Of a stretch of DNA of 64,000 nucleotides, positions 43,843 to 61,135 are shown one piece after another (positions within the stretch are counted from its first letter, which is position 1; each line of letters starts with the position of its first letter). Location of the stretch: NCBI RefSeq assembly GCF_009914755.1, contig NC_060930.1; one strand, given 5' to 3'. The translations under genes and the position numbers were made by a program. The DNA is from the human T2T-CHM13v2.0 reference genome, Homo sapiens. The notes below the pieces were generated by a model. The model saw nothing but the letters and a program-made list of their open reading frames with translations. It did not search any database and was not told the DNA's origin.

Positions 43843-44964
43843 TTTCATTTTGCTGACTCACTATTTCTGTGAGTGTTGTGATCCTAAGGCAACTAACTCT
43901 CATGTTTTTTGGGGTTTTGCTTTTTTTTTTTTTTTTTTTAACCCCACAGCCTCCTGGTTAAAGCACATTTACAGCTGTTTATTTTCTTCTTTTCCCCCAT
44001 CAGCTCTCAACACAAATACAGTAGTTACAATTCATAAAATTACAGTATGCTCTTCTCTTTTCAACACTTTCAGAAATACATTTAGTGATATGTTTGTGGA
44101 TGGCAAAACAATGTCAACGTATTTATCCATCTGCCTTTCTACTAAATCGTAGATGGACTCAGAGTGTTTGATGTATACTGTGGATTATAAGTGCGGTCCT
44201 TAACTCTTCTGAGAATGGGTTATACCGAAAGCTGTAAGTATGAATTCATCATACTTTATTTAGAGTGGGAAATCTACACATCTCAGAATACCTTAATTCT
44301 ATATTGATTCTACTTTAGAGGAAATATAATCTTTGGAGATTATTATGGCTAGAATTTTTTCTCTAAAAAACAAAGCAAACAAGATCATAGTAACCTCTTT
44401 CTTTCAGAAAAGCCATTGTAAGTTGTCCTAGGAAAAAATAAATAAAAGCTCATCAAATAAGACTTCCGTGTTCACTTCTGTCACATACACAAGCTGTGTG
44501 ATAGCTTAGCTTAGGGCAAACCAGTTCTTCCACTCAGAAAAACTAGAATCGTCTGGATTAAATAAATAAGTAACATACTTTTTGAAGGCTCTGGAGAATT
44601 ACTAAGACACATAGAACTTGAGGATCTGAGATACTGAAAAGAAGGAAAACAGATATTTCCTTCAGGGCATTTGCCAAATTTTAGAGCACAACGAGAGGCC
44701 AACTGGGAGGAGGCAGAGAACCTAAAACACTTTTGAAAAGATCAAAGTGCTAGAGAGACAAAATTTGGAGTTCAGGACTGCCCAGAACTAACACTTATAA
44801 TTAACAGATTTCATTTTGCTGACTCACTATTTCTGTGAGTGTTGTGATCCTAAGGCAACTAACTCTCATGTTTTTTGGGTTTTGGTTTTTTTGTTTTTTG
44901 TTTTTTGTTTTTAACCCCATAGCCTCCTGGTTAAAGCACATTTACAGCTGTTTATTTTCTTCTT
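43843..44964 (+). repeat. Dispersed direct duplication of ~150 bp (43843-43991 and 44809-44964)
   Basis: tttcattttgctgactcactatttctgtgag...gtttattttcttctt occurs twice, nearly identical outside a T-rich tract. Confidence 0.97.
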
Positions 44965-44999
44965 AAAAACAGATAAGTTTTTAATTGTATTGACTGCTT

Positions 45000-45895
<896 letters not shown>

Positions 45896-45919
45896 ACTTT
45901 ACAACTAAGATCTTGCCCC

Positions 45920-46580
45920 TGTAGTTTAATGGGTTTTACCTCCAGAAACCTTATCGGGTTTCTACAGTGAAGAGCCAAAAAATATCCCATCCTGGTTCTG
46001 ATATGGGGAGGAAGAAATGTAACCATTAGAAATACACTTAGGGTATTCTTTTTAACAAAGACATACTCCCCACCAAGGGGAAAGACTTTCCCAGAGCCTT
46101 ATCCCAGTTAAGAGGAAGGGAATTTATCTGACTTTAGCTCCTTCTAGTCTTCTTGTTCCACATCAGTGGAAAAGAAGAAAGCCAGGAAACATTTGTGAAG
46201 GTCAAAGCCCAGGGACACAGTCTGAAAAACTGAGATTTAATCATAAGATTATAGTCCACCTCCCCTCGCTCACACCTTACTGCCACACCAACAGAACTTC
46301 AGTATGATCACAAGAGATTACAGCACAAAGAGCTGCAATGTGCGGCTCCTATCTAAGGAAGCGTTCTTAGGGAGGCTCAGAAACAATAGAAATATAAAAA
46401 CAAGGACACGGGAGGAATCTAAAGGTGTGGCACCTACAACTATAGCAAACATTAAACACAGCTCGACTCCTAGCCAGATTAACAGAGAGCCTCACATTAA
46501 AGTCCTATTTCCCTCAGTTTCTATTACTTCATATTTGACTTTCAACAAAATATCACAAAGCATGCTAAGAAGCAAGAAAA
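45920..46580 (+). mobile_element. Ancient L1M 5' UTR-like fragment
   Basis: aaactgagatttaatcataagattatag, gcaaacattaaacacagc...ctcctagccagattaac resemble L1M4-type 5' sequence. Confidence 0.5.
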
Positions 46581-47468
46581 TTATGTTATGTATTGTTATG
46601 TTATGTGTTAACTTATGTATATAGTATAAACCATCTGAAAAACTGAATTAATTTACCCAACTTAAGATAATTTTTCTTCATTCAGTATAAGGCTTAGGTT
46701 ACCTGTTTGAGTTACAAATAGTACTTAACTTTTGAAGGCTGTACTACTGAATTTAATGAACACATTTTCTGCTGACACGCTGAATAATATTCTCTACCTC
46801 CCATCTCTGCTCAAATGTCACCTCATCAGTGAGTTCTTCCATCACTTAAAATAGCAGCACATCTCCAAACTTTTGACCTACCCTCCCTGCTTTATTTTTC
46901 TCCATAGCATGTGTCTTTGTCTGATATATTATATTCTTACATTATGGTTTACTAGTTGACTCTCTCCTCTAAAATATAAGCTTCAAGGAACTATCTCTTT
47001 AAATTCATTACTCCTCCCAAAGTTGTTACAACAGTTAAGTGTTTTGTAAATCTATGTTAACTAGATGAATTAATATATATGTATATTTATCAAAAGTTAT
47101 GTTTGGTTAAATAAATGTACCATATTATATAATGGTAGCTAACACTGATTGAATTCTTACTATGTTGTAAAAACTGTGCTAAACAGCTATGGGTTTTGCA
47201 TGGATTACTTCGTTTAAGCTTCACAACAACCATAGGTACTACTACTGTTCCTTTTTTAAAAAATGAGAAGATTAAAGAAAAAGGTTAAATTAGCCAATGT
47301 CCTCCACAGATAAACTGGACCTTTCTTGATTTTACATAATTTTGGCTAAATTACCAATACAATTATCAAAGTTATAAACTATAAATGGTAGGAACCCACT
47401 CATTCTAAAGCAGGGCCAATATACACATCTCTGTAAAACTTTTTGGAAGGTATATCAGTCTTACCATC

Positions 47469-47825
47469 TTTATTAGTCCGTTTCCACACTGCTGATAAAG
47501 ACATACCCTAGACTGGGAAATTTACAAAAGAAAGAGGGTTAGTGGACTTACAGTTCCATGTGGCTGGGGAGGCCTCATGATCACGGTGGAAGCCAAGGAG
47601 GAGCAAAAGTCACATCTTACATGGATGGAAACAGGCAAAGAGAGAGAGCTTGTGGAGGGAAACTCCCCTTTTTAAAACTATCAGATCTCGTGAGACTCAT
47701 CACTATCACAAGAACAGCATGGAAAACACTTGACCCCATGATTCAATTACCTCCCACCTGGCCCCTCCCTTAACAAGTGGGAATTCAAGATGAGATTTAG
47801 GTGGGGACACAGCCAAACCATATCA
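47469..47825 (-). mobile_element. THE1A/B MaLR solo LTR
   Basis: tattagtccgttt...ggggacacagccaaaccatatca; perfect 5-bp TSD ccatc at 47464-47468 and 47826-47830. Confidence 0.92.
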
Positions 47826-50800
47826 CCATCATCAGAAAAATACCTGCATCCAAAGTATATAAAGGGAAGACTAGGAATTTGGAAAGTAAAGAGCTATGTT
47901 GTCTTTTCAGGTAGTGATTAGTAGATTGGTAAAGAGGACTGTGGCTTTTGCCTTTTCTCATCTTCCCTATTCCTTCCCCCAACCCCCTTCCAAGGATTAT
48001 GCTGCCCAAGAGAACAATCCAGAGAAGACCCATCTTTCTCCTATACTTGCTGAGCTTCAGAAACTCACAGACAAGCTCTAGCTCACTGCACCAAGATGAA
48101 GTGCTGTGAGAGAATTCTCAGTAGCTTCACTGGTGTCCTCTGAAGTTTGGGAGCATGCATGACCGTAGAATGAGATATCTGCCTCCCACTGCATAATGCT
48201 AGAGTTAAACTGATAGCTGAAGCGGCCCCTGATGGCAGAACTTGAAGACAGGGAGCCATACTTGGCTACCACTTTCAACAATTTGCCATGACAGAGCCAG
48301 GATTAATCCATTTTGAAGGCCTCTGTTTATTAAGGTGGACTGCTGGGTCAATGGAAGGTCAGCAGGTAGAGACCATGGGAAAAACTCCCAGGGGCTGGAT
48401 CTGAGTTAGGCATGACCAGAAGTCAGCCAGAGAAGACATCATCAATATCAGAAATCCGTGCTGTGCAGAAGTCCCCACAAGTCCTCCAAGGATCTAAATG
48501 TGATACAAGCTGGCATTTGGATGTCTGCCCCAAAGCACGCATTGACAGCCTATCGGCTGTTGGTAGCCAAGGGAAAACAAAATAGCAAGACCAATGAAGT
48601 AAAAATAAATAAAACATTTACAATCTTGTTTCTAATCTCTTCTCTCTATTATGCTGCTTCAGATTTCTTTTAAGTCAGGTAGGAAGGAGGGAGGATAAAT
48701 GAATGGACCCTCCACCAAATGCAAGGCCACAAACCCCACAGTCAGCATGAGGTGGGATAGAGAAGACAGTTGCTTTTAACTAGATTAATATTTAAATCAA
48801 TTTGTTGTAGTCTCTTCTGAAAGGTATAGAGCTCTTTTTAGAATTTCTTTTAATTGAAAGTTATCAGAAATCTAAGCTATCTGTCTGTTCCAGATATTAC
48901 ATAATGAAGGGATGAAGAAGGCAAGATCAAAACAAACGTGTTAAAAGCAGGCGGAAAAATTTTTCTCACTTTTACCCTAAGATTAAATTACTCTATAAAC
49001 AAGTTATAATGATGATGCTCATACTATATAGACTTAAATGCATTATAAAATAAATAATTACAAAGGAATATAAAATAATCCTCATGATCTTTAAAAACAC
49101 TAAGATATTGCAAAATCTGAGCTGGGAAGTCCAGTTTTCTAGCTTGATACCAAGGATCTAGATTTCTGGTGTCAGTCCTGGCACAAATGAACTATTTTGG
49201 ACACAGACTCCACACTTAATCTCAATGTTGCATCTGCTTCAATAGTTATATGTGAAATCTGAAATATACAGCAAAGAACAACTTAACAGAGAAGACACAG
49301 TTAATATCATATGTATCTGCTAAGAGACCATAAGATTACCAAGACTGTATATGAAGGTACAGTAAAACATCTCCATAAATGCGAAATAATGACCATCATT
49401 GACTGAGCTATGCCAGTCTAGTAAAAAAGTACTGTGTTTTACTTTTTAATTCTCACAACAAACTCATGAGGTAGGTTCATTATTATTCCTATTTTACAGA
49501 AGAGGAAACTGAGGCATGAAGAGATTAAGAAAATTGTTATCAGCTAGTAGGTGGCAGACAGGATTTAGTCTATGGTTCCTCTTATATTTATGTAAATGAG
49601 ACGTCTTAAGTGGCAAAACAAAACTAGCCCAAATTCTTCAAAAGTTGAGATGAAATTATAAGAGAGTTACTCCCTTGTGTTTCCTTAAGAGCCCAAGACT
49701 CCTAATGCCAGAGGTGTCAGTTTTGAAACATTTCCTCTGCCCAAAGTTGATTATAACATTATTATAAAATTCTCAATGCCTGTCTCTTCTGGGTTTTCAA
49801 ACACAGTATGGTGGGCAGGGATTCCTTTAAAGTCAAATTTAGCTGGAGGGAAAATATTAATCATTAAAGTTGGACTGGCCCCAAAGATTTGGTGTGTCTG
49901 TTCTTTTATCTTTACACTTACTTCTTGTAATACCAATTTTACAATAATACATATTTCTGCATATTTTTCTTATCCAAAAGCTTGAATATATATTGTGTCA
50001 TGTTTTTGATTATTACTTTAGTAACACACTAGTTGATATAAATGTTTAGTGTTCAGAACGAATGCATTAGCTCCCTAAGCTGCCAGGAGTGTTACTGCCA
50101 ATGGCTTCCAGTTGAGTGTATCTCTAGGAATTGTTGTTGGTTGAAAGAAGTTGCCTCAGTCAAGATTAAGACATTTCCTTGAAGGCTGCTTGAATTTAAT
50201 GAGTAGTCAGAGTTGTGGTACAAAGATCTTGATCCCCTGACTCAATAGAGACAATCATGAAGGGCTATCCCAGTTACAGGAATCTCCACAGGATCAGTTG
50301 AAGCCTCTGGTGCAATTCATTGCAGTTCAATTTTATCTTCTGCCCAATCTTGCCTCCCTCATCCCTTACTTGTGTTGGTCTCTAGTAAATGCACTGTAAA
50401 TAAATCTGCACCTAAATCCCAGAGTCCTGGAGTCTGTTTTCTGGGGAATCCAACATAAGAGAGTTGGTTCTGGGAATGTCCATAGGAAGCAAACCCCATA
50501 AATGTGATTTTAGAGCTAGATTCGCTGTGGGTCGTATGGTAATAAGGACACCATCATTGGAGGTAGATGAAGCACTCACAGCCCCTGGCACATGTTTGCA
50601 GTATGAGTAAAACTTATACCAGTGATGAATGGGGATGAGATACTTATGAAATGTAATTCACTGGCAGGTGTAATATATTAAGATTTTTAGATACTTGGGG
50701 AAAATAATAATTATAAGAATGATAGGATCAGATAGTTACTGATGAGACACATGACATATTGGAAAAAGACAGTGGAAAGATGAAGGTGATTAATCACCAA

Positions 50801-52838
50801 CATAAGGTAAAATGGTAAAGCCCAAGAGTTTCCTTGACATCACATAGAGGCTCTCATTTCCATCAGCTACAGAGTACAAAAGGCTGAGCATGAGACCCAG
50901 TAATTAATTATAAGAGAACCTGCTCCAGAGTAGGTTGCATTCTCAACCCTGTCAGGTCTGATATGCCAAGGTCAAAGCACTGATTGAGAAACGGGGGGAC
51001 CCTGAAACTTGGAATGGGAACTCCTGGGACAATGTACTAAAAGATCCTGAATTTCAATAATCCTCGGAACCCAAAGACTGCAGAAATGTCTCACTTCTCA
51101 CCCTTAATAACCATCACTCTCCCCTTATTTTGAAGACAATGTATAGATTTTTGATTGAAAGACACCAGTTTCTCTACTCAAGATATAGCACCACTTTCTC
51201 TACTGACTGCTAGAAAAATAACTGGGATTGGGTTATAACCCAATCCATAATCCCTAGCCATAACCAGGCCAGGAAAGTGCAGGGCCTTCTAAGGGAAGAA
51301 AGTCATTATATACCAAAGCTATCAAAGGACCTAGGCAACATGTATGGGTTGTAGTTGGGAGATTACATATGAACCTGAATCTTGAGAGCACTATAACAAG
51401 AGGGATGGAATGCGAAACTAGGCAAGGACATGTTTATCATATGGGATCACTCTCCGACATAAGATTTAATACACTGGCAGGAACCCTGGAAGATGGTACT
51501 CTTATACTGCTAGACTGGCCCTAGGATGCTTGGAAAAAGTGATGACTCATACTAAGTGAAGTGGAAACTGCCAGAATGAATGGTGAAGGAAAGAATTAAA
51601 GAGCTAAAAAATACCATGTTAGAGTTCATAGTCTACCCTGAAAACAAGTCACAATTCTCTACTCAGTTTCCAGACCTAAGCTAGTTCTTAGATCTGAAAT
51701 CACTGACTGAAGGAGAGGCTGATTGACCATGAGAAAGGAACCTGCAGCACCATGGCAGGTATACAGATAATAGTTTCCCCGGTCCCTCTCCAAAAGGAAC
51801 CACTACCATTTGCTCAAGTACCTGTACATCAGAAAAACGAGAATACTCAAAATATTAGAGGACTGTAGGAAGTATCCACATTCCCTACCCTCATTAGAGT
51901 GATGGGTATGGGAGTAAGATGTTAAGTGTAGTCCTGTCCCAGATCCAACTCACAGTGAGATCACTTATTCCATGGACACATCCTGTAGTCATTTCTCTAG
52001 TCTCCAAATGTCCGATTCAATGGATATCTTGGTGGCTGGAAAAGCTCCACATTGGTTTCTTGATCTGTGAGATGAGAACTATGTGTAGTGGGGGGAAATC
52101 AAGGGGATTTCTCTGAAACTTCCTCACAAGAGAGTAAGTCAAGACTAATATTGCCCAACTCAATGAGTGTACTAAAACACATTGAGTTATGCAGTTTAAA
52201 TAGGTGAATAGTATGATATGTTAATTATATCTCATTAAAATGTTTAAAATTGCAATTTGGGGAAATGGCATACAGTAATGTTACCTTTAGACACCTAGAA
52301 AATGCACCTTAACATATCTCCATTTCATTTACCAATCTGGCACCTAGAGAAACCAGATACATCCTCTTGGTAACAGTGGTTACTGCAAACTCAATTAAGC
52401 AGCAACTCCAATTAAAATTGGCATTTCAGATATATTATCTTTACTAGCACAAATTAACATGGACTTGGGAACATGGTATATAGCCATTGACCTAGCAAAT
52501 TTGTTATTTTCATTTCTATCAGGGAAGAGGACCTAAAGTAGTTCACATTCACATGAGATAAGCAATAGCATCTATTTGTGATCTTGCCCTGGAGCTGCAG
52601 TATTTCTGACACTCTGTTGTAATATAGCTGGAAGCAACCTGCACATTTGGACATTTCCAAAAAAAAAAAAGAATTCTTTCAATTCAATGAAAAACTGCTA
52701 ATTAGACCTGATGAACAAGAAATGGCAAATACATCGTAGGCTTTGGTAAGAAACAATCACTTCTGATGGCAGCAGAGAAACTCTACAAAGAATCAGTGAC
52801 ATGCCACATCAGTAAAGATTTTAAGAGTTTAAGAGGCA

Positions 52839-53249
<411 letters not shown>

Positions 53250-55015
53250 TTAGAGAACTAAGAATTGCATTTTGAGCCGCTAAAGTAGAAGGATGTGTAA
53301 TGCCTAGCAGAACTCTCCCAATTCTGGAGGCAGTATATATGCCATACTTGGGAAAACTATATCATCCCATTTACTGATAAGGAAGGTTACTGACTTTAAA
53401 CGGGGTCCAGAGCAGGAAAGGGCACTGCAACAGTTCCGAGCTGCCGTGCATACAAGCATTCCTGCTGCTTGGGCCCTTCGATCTGGCAGACCTTCTTATG
53501 TTAAAGTTATCTGTGTTGGGAAAGATGCCATATGGCATTTAGGGTACCACCAAATAGAAGAGTAACAGTATGGGTTCTGGAGCAACAGTATGGGTTCTAA
53601 ACATCTCCATATTGTCTGATGTTTAGATGATTGAGCATCATTCTAAAAATAGATGTTGGTTTTTGACTGGGTCCTGGTAGAAATGGAGCATCTGAACCTG
53701 GATGCACAGTGACAGAACTACCCACCTTGAGTTGGGTTATCTCAGACCCACCAAGTCATAGGGTCAATCAGACCTAGCAGTAATCAATCCATTGTAAAAT
53801 GGAATTGGTATCACTTGGAGCAAGCAACAGTAGTGAAGTCAACTGCACAATCGAATAGTTCAGAAGTCTGTGCCATCTACTACTGCTGCACCAGTACCCT
53901 TCTCTCATCAAACAGCTATAGTAAATGAGAGAAATCTTTTATGGCCAGCTGACACAGGAGGCAGAGGGCCATGCAAAGTTCATAAATTGGTTAGTTCAGC
54001 ACATGGGTGCACGTTGACAATAGACTGCTATTCTACTGCAGGCCCACTTAGTGGTGGCCTTGAAAGACAGTGGCTAGAAGAAGAAATTATAGCACTCAGT
54101 AAAGTTTTGGGCAGTGCCTCTGGTCATGCACTTTGCAGGAAAATATAAGTAGACATATATGCATGGATTCATGGATAATGACCAGTGGCTTGGATCTTTG
54201 CTTGGGGCCCTGGAATGAAAAAAAAAATTGTAAGATTGCAGACAAGGAGATTTGGGGAAGATATATGTGGGTAGAATTATCAGAGAAAGCATATTGCATA
54301 TTAAAACTAGAGAATATCCACCGAAACCGAGTGGACAGAATTATACAGCTAATCGATGTTTACACAGCTTCTGTTCTTAGCCACTGCCAAATGGCTGGGG
54401 TGACAGCCACTGACAGGTGGTTGCAAGTTCAGTACATTGGATTTCATCTATGCTAGAATAACCAGTGATTTATGTTGATTGGAATCAACAGTTATTCTGG
54501 GTATGGGTTACCTTTTCTGCTTGAAGGGCTTTAACCAGTACCATTCTCCAAAGGTTTATAGAGTTTTGATCCACCAATACAGATCCCATGTAACAGTAAA
54601 TAAAACCAAAGGAACTATTTTAAAGCAAAGGAAGTTCATCAGCAAGCTCATGGTCACGGGATTCACTTGTCCTCTTACTTTCTATACTACCCAGAAACCA
54701 TCAGATGATGGAGTGATAGAGTAGCTTATTAAAAGTACAGATGCAGCACCAGTTTGGATGTAAAGATGAGGCACCAACTTGGATAATAGGGCACTATCTT
54801 TCATGATGAGACACTTAACACATTGATATTCATTATATTGTGTTGTGCTCCCCATATGTAAATACATTGCAACAGGAACCAAGGGGTGAAAGTAAGAGTG
54901 GCCTCAATGATCATCAAGCTGAGTGACTTACTTGGAAGTTTGTATTCTGTACCTTTAACTCTAGGCTCTTTTAGCTTTAGAGATTTAGGAACACTCCCTC
55001 CCACCAAAGGACAAA

Positions 55016-55243
55016 GTGAGAGTCCCATTAAACATTAAGTCAAAGTTGACCTCTGGTTACTTTAGTCTCTTTATACCTAGAGCTTGGTGGGAAAAGAACA
55101 ATGTCAACATCCTTGCAGGTATAATTGATCCTGATCTTCAGGGGGAGACAAGGCTGATGGTATACAATGTGGGCAGGGAAGGATTCATTTGGCATCAAAG
55201 TGATGCACTGGCGTATCTGTTGGTGTCCACTATTAACAGGTAA
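55016..55243 (+). pseudogene. ERV-L dUTPase remnant
   Basis: VPLNIKSKLTSGYFSLFIP...ILAGIIDPDLQGETRLMVYN contains the dUTPase motif-3-like G(V/I)ID.D(Y)QGE, located after integrase as in ERV-L. Confidence 0.75.
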
Positions 55244-57196
55244 TAGTCAAGTATAGCAGCTGTGCTTGAGAAATACATGGGGATTAGGAGCTCTCACTCC
55301 TCTTGGACGAAGGTCTGCATCACTCAACCACGTGAGCCATCAAGACAAGCAGAGGAGCTAGTTAAGGGTGAAGCAAACTTAAAATGATAAATATCCTTGA
55401 AATTAGCCACAGCACCGGAGTTTGTAGTTTGTACTGTTAATCTTCCTCTTGTATGTTTCCCTGGTGGTAGAGACCAACCATAATCTTGTAGGAGCTGCCT
55501 CCAGACAGGGTGAATTCACTACATTATATGAAGTAAAAGATCCAGAGACACACAGGAGTGAACTGTAGTGAACGCTATAGCGTTAGACACACAACTTTCT
55601 TTAAGGCCATGCACCCATCATCCAGCTGCCAGAATTGTTGACTACTGACAGCACTTAGCTGAATGCCCCTCCAGATATCACCCATGGTTGGTGGAAGCTT
55701 CCTCATTTAAGGTTCTGTCCTTTGCCTCTGGGTAGGCTGCAGCCAATGACCGGTTCATGGAGCGATACAAAGGCCTGGCCTCTGCCTCAATGGAGGCAAC
55801 CCTGAAGAGGCACCCGAGACTTGTTAGAACTGCCTGGTGGTTAAACTCCTTCTGCTCAATCCTGCTTCCCTCAACTGGCATGTGTGTAGTTCTCAGGAAC
55901 ACTACCCAACACACTGCCTGCATGCTAATCTCCATTTCCGGGTCTCTTTTTGGGGAAGCTAACCTGCAACATTTGCCAACTCTGCTAGAATAATACTTCC
56001 TTTTTTTCTTACCTAGCCATTATAAATGTATACGTGATGTTATTCTTTCTCGGACAATAAATAGTACTTTTAAACTCATGTTTAAATGATTCTTTCATGT
56101 CTCCTGAAGGCCTGGTGTCAAATTCCACTGAACCTTCTTTCCTTTGCCTTTTTCCTAAGATTGCCAGACCTGGGTACCTGCAGGCACAGCTGAGGAGACC
56201 TGGCATTTTCTCATCTACTCTTCAAAAGTGCCATGATCTAGTTCCTCTATTGCTACAGCAATAGCATAAAGACAAACCTTGCAATGGCCCCTTTTAATAT
56301 GAAACAATTCAGTTTTTACTTTACCAAAGCCACCAATTTCCTGTACTTTTAAGCCTTTGTCTCACTTCAAGAACCACAAAACACAATCATTAACAAACAC
56401 CAACAGTATTTCTCAGTCTTAATTCAAGTTTGATGTTTCAGTTTAAGTTCTACCACAGAAAAAAGTCTCCAGAAAAGTGTCCTTTTTGGTTGCCTGGATA
56501 ACTTTTCATTAACAAAATAAAGTCCAAACTCCTGTCAATGTTAGGTCCTTTGTGCTTTGTCTTTAAATGAATCTCCACTCTGATCCTGCTAAACTGATTG
56601 GTATACAATTTATATCTCGTCCATTTTTTGTAGTACTCTCCTCTCTCATGGCTCTTCCACCTATTAGTCAAGCCCCATCTCTTATATCATCTGTGATGAA
56701 GTTTTGTATGACCAACAGAGAGAAAAACAGAGTGGTGGGCCCCCAATCGCTTATGGGAGAAAGACCATAATCCCTCCCACAGCTTGGAAGGTCCTGTATG
56801 GGACAGCTTCTCTGTCCAACTCCAGCTTTCTCTGGCACATTGCTTTCTGAGTTTCAGTCCCATTCACATTTTTCTCTTTGTAGCACCGACGTTCTTCCTG
56901 CCAAAGGGTTATTTGGATACCTTTCCTCATACTTCTTACATTGCCTCTGTCCTGGAAGCTCTAGTCTTTTGCAAGAGCTTCCTCATATTCTTTCAGATCT
57001 AATATCAGTTTTCACTTCCTCAGGGAAACTTTACCCTATTTCCCAGAATAGGTAAGAATTCCATTACGTGCTCTCACAGAACCCATAATTCTGCTTATAG
57101 CTGTAGCTATGTACTAGTTACCCTGTATTTCTTATTTAGTGCTTTTCTTATTAACTTAGTCAAGGTTTGGGTAGAAAATCAGAAATAGGCACTTTA

Positions 57197-57515
<319 letters not shown>

Positions 57516-57518
57516 TTA

Positions 57519-57827
<309 letters not shown>

Positions 57828-58189
57828 TTAGGTATGTCGAGGAGGAAGGGACTAAATATAGGAATGTAAGACTTACACAAGACTTTGGAAGGGAGGAAGA
57901 GCAAAGCCTGGGAGGAAACTGACATCAGAATTCAGGAGCCCATAAAGTGCAGGAGTCATTTGTGATCTGGGCTGAGCCTCTGTGGTGAATTTGTAAGCTA
58001 AGGCCTAAAAGCTGCTGGCAAAACCTCCTATGAGCCATCTGCCAAAGCCCATGCAGTTCTCTTACACGCCGTAGGAGATTACTACCTTCTGCTTCTTTTC
58101 TTCCTTCTAAATCTCTTGCAAACCTCTCTCATTACCAGAATCTAATCTGCTGGTAAGCATTTTAGGCAATGTAGTTCGGCAGCTTCTAG

Positions 58190-58752
<563 letters not shown>

Positions 58753-61135
58753 TGTCTAGACCCTGCAAAACAAGAAGGGTCTTGTACCTAACTAACAAAA
58801 CTACAATTGTTTTATCATCTCAATGGTATCATAGATGTGAGTTCAGGAAGAGGAGGTGAAGAGCAGGAGCAGATGCTAGAGGATTCTGAGCCACCACTCC
58901 TGAAATATACTTGTGGTTTCTTCACATTTTCAAATTCAGTCTTATATTCATATGTATAAGTTACATTTAATCACGAAAAACTGCTGCACACATCCCACTT
59001 CGTAATTCTATGGGTCAGATAGCACTCAGTTCTTAATGGTAGCTCCATACCTATATCGCTGGTGTTCCATACCACCATCATCTGCTTCTTTTCCACCAGG
59101 GCCAAGAAACAAACTAAAAGCAGCCTTACCAATGGAGGATAGTAGTTTGAAGAAGAGGAATTAGCCTTACTCTAAAACCTCAGCGGTCTGGTGATGTCAT
59201 TGTTGCTGGCAACAGATTTTATCCCTTTCTGCCACAAATACTTCAAGTACAATTCACTTTGCTGGGTCACAGGTCTAAGTGATGGGTCAGCTTGCACAGA
59301 AGCCTGGACCTGCTGCATAACCCCACCTTGCTCTAAATATCCCTTGGAACAGGTAGCTGTATAGGTTACCTGGTGGTTGGGCCAGAGTAGTATATCCAAA
59401 TATGGAATTTGTCGCGTCCCAGTTTCAATGAGACATACTGAATGCTAGAGCTCTTTCTTTTGTGGACTGTGCAAAGTGAGACAACTTGTTTCTAATTTGA
59501 AAAGGAATATTCTGCCATTTTCACAGCATTGTCACACTAGAAACTTCATATGATCACAAGTCTATGAACTTTCACATGGTTTGTCTCCCTTCCTTGGTCA
59601 TGTGTTTGTCTTCCTAAGGCATCAGGTTGTTAGTTTCTTCCTGATGACATGGTAAAATTAATATGCTCCAACATGGCATTCTACTGGGTGTCAAGATAAT
59701 CAAGCTCCCTCTAGACCAGGAAGCAGCTATTCAAAGTACGTGCCTGCAACAGTGAGGTAAGGAGCTTCCACCAGAAAATAAATCAATGCACTACTCCTTC
59801 ATCAAAAAAGTCTTTCTAAGAAAAAAATTGTCAGCTGAGCCAAACGGTGTGCTTAGTGGTATAGTTCACATTCTGGTGCAAACTTCCTAATTCATTGGGG
59901 ATAAATAAGAAACATGGACCAGAAACCAGTTCACAGATGACACTTTGAGGATCACTGCTCTAGTCTAGACCTCAACATGACAGAGATCAGATATTGTCTT
60001 GATAAAAGACAGCAAAGTTGTACTGCTGACCCTCTGGGCAAAGGTGAGGTGTTACAGGTTATAGTTACTGATGGAAACTAAAAAGAAAGCATTTGCTAGG
60101 TCAGTAGGTTCATATTGCATGCCAGAAGCTGATGTGTTTTAGTAAAGGTACCAGCCATTTCTTGCCTCAGATTTCCAGGTTTCAATTTCCCCAGGGCAAA
60201 AAGTCTGTCTATGCAACTCATCAAATATATAAGTGACTCAACTCCATATACGATTTGATGAACTGTGTTTTAGGGGAACTTCTGGAACCAATTACAGTAT
60301 AAGTCAAGAGTTCAGCAGGAAATTGATGGCATACTCAAATAGTTAATTGAGGGATTTTTGTTGTTGTTGTTGTTGTTGAAAAGACTATTTACAGTAGTAC
60401 CAATAAGGGTTGGTAAAGCACCCAAGAAGTAACAAAGCTATAAGTTATCATCCCTGGGCCTGAATGGAGACAAGAATAAAGCAGTGTTACTGGAACCTGG
60501 AGGGCTGAAGCTATGGGGCAAATGGCTCCCTCCCAGGACATTGATAGAGGAATTGCAGCCATTATAAAAAATGTGGACCAGTATGGGGAATGTACCACCT
60601 CCCTTTCCTCCCACCAGCTGGTCTTTTGTTGGTGCCTTGCCTTGGCCAAACCAACTCTAAGGCAGAAAGCAAGGGACCCCGGGTGATGCAGATTCAAGAA
60701 GTTAGCCTCCCATAACAGAGAGCCAAGTAGAGAAGGGCAGAGACTGATGCTTAAGAGGCAAATAGAGAATAACATTCATTCATACATAAGAGAAAGTTTT
60801 GATAAAACAGGTTATATCTCCACAATCAAATATCATACAGTAATTTTTAAAATGAACTAGATTTCCAATGTAAATAAATCTCAAAAACATATTAAGAGAA
60901 AAACAGTAAGCAGCAGCAGGGTACCCACAGTCTAACATTTACATAACATTTAAAATCCAGTGAAACCATATTTTATGGATATATAAATATGGAGGAAAAA
61001 GATGTTCTTGCAGCTGGGAAGGCAGTTCTGTATACATTAGTGTTATGGGTTGAATATATCTGAAAATATCCCCATTCTACCCTCACAACTTGAATAACTT
61101 GAATAATTTGGCTGGGTGTGTTTTATATTGCTGTA

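Noticed and set aside
56000-56020. Minus-strand donor-like TAG|GTAAGA suggesting a PTPRK or lncRNA exon
   Set aside because: No recognisable phosphatase coding sequence or convincing acceptor; isolated motif expected by chance.
60389-60775. 128-aa hydrophobic ORF with signal-peptide-like start
   Set aside because: Lies within an ERV-L LTR; not clearly ATG-initiated and no protein similarity recognised.
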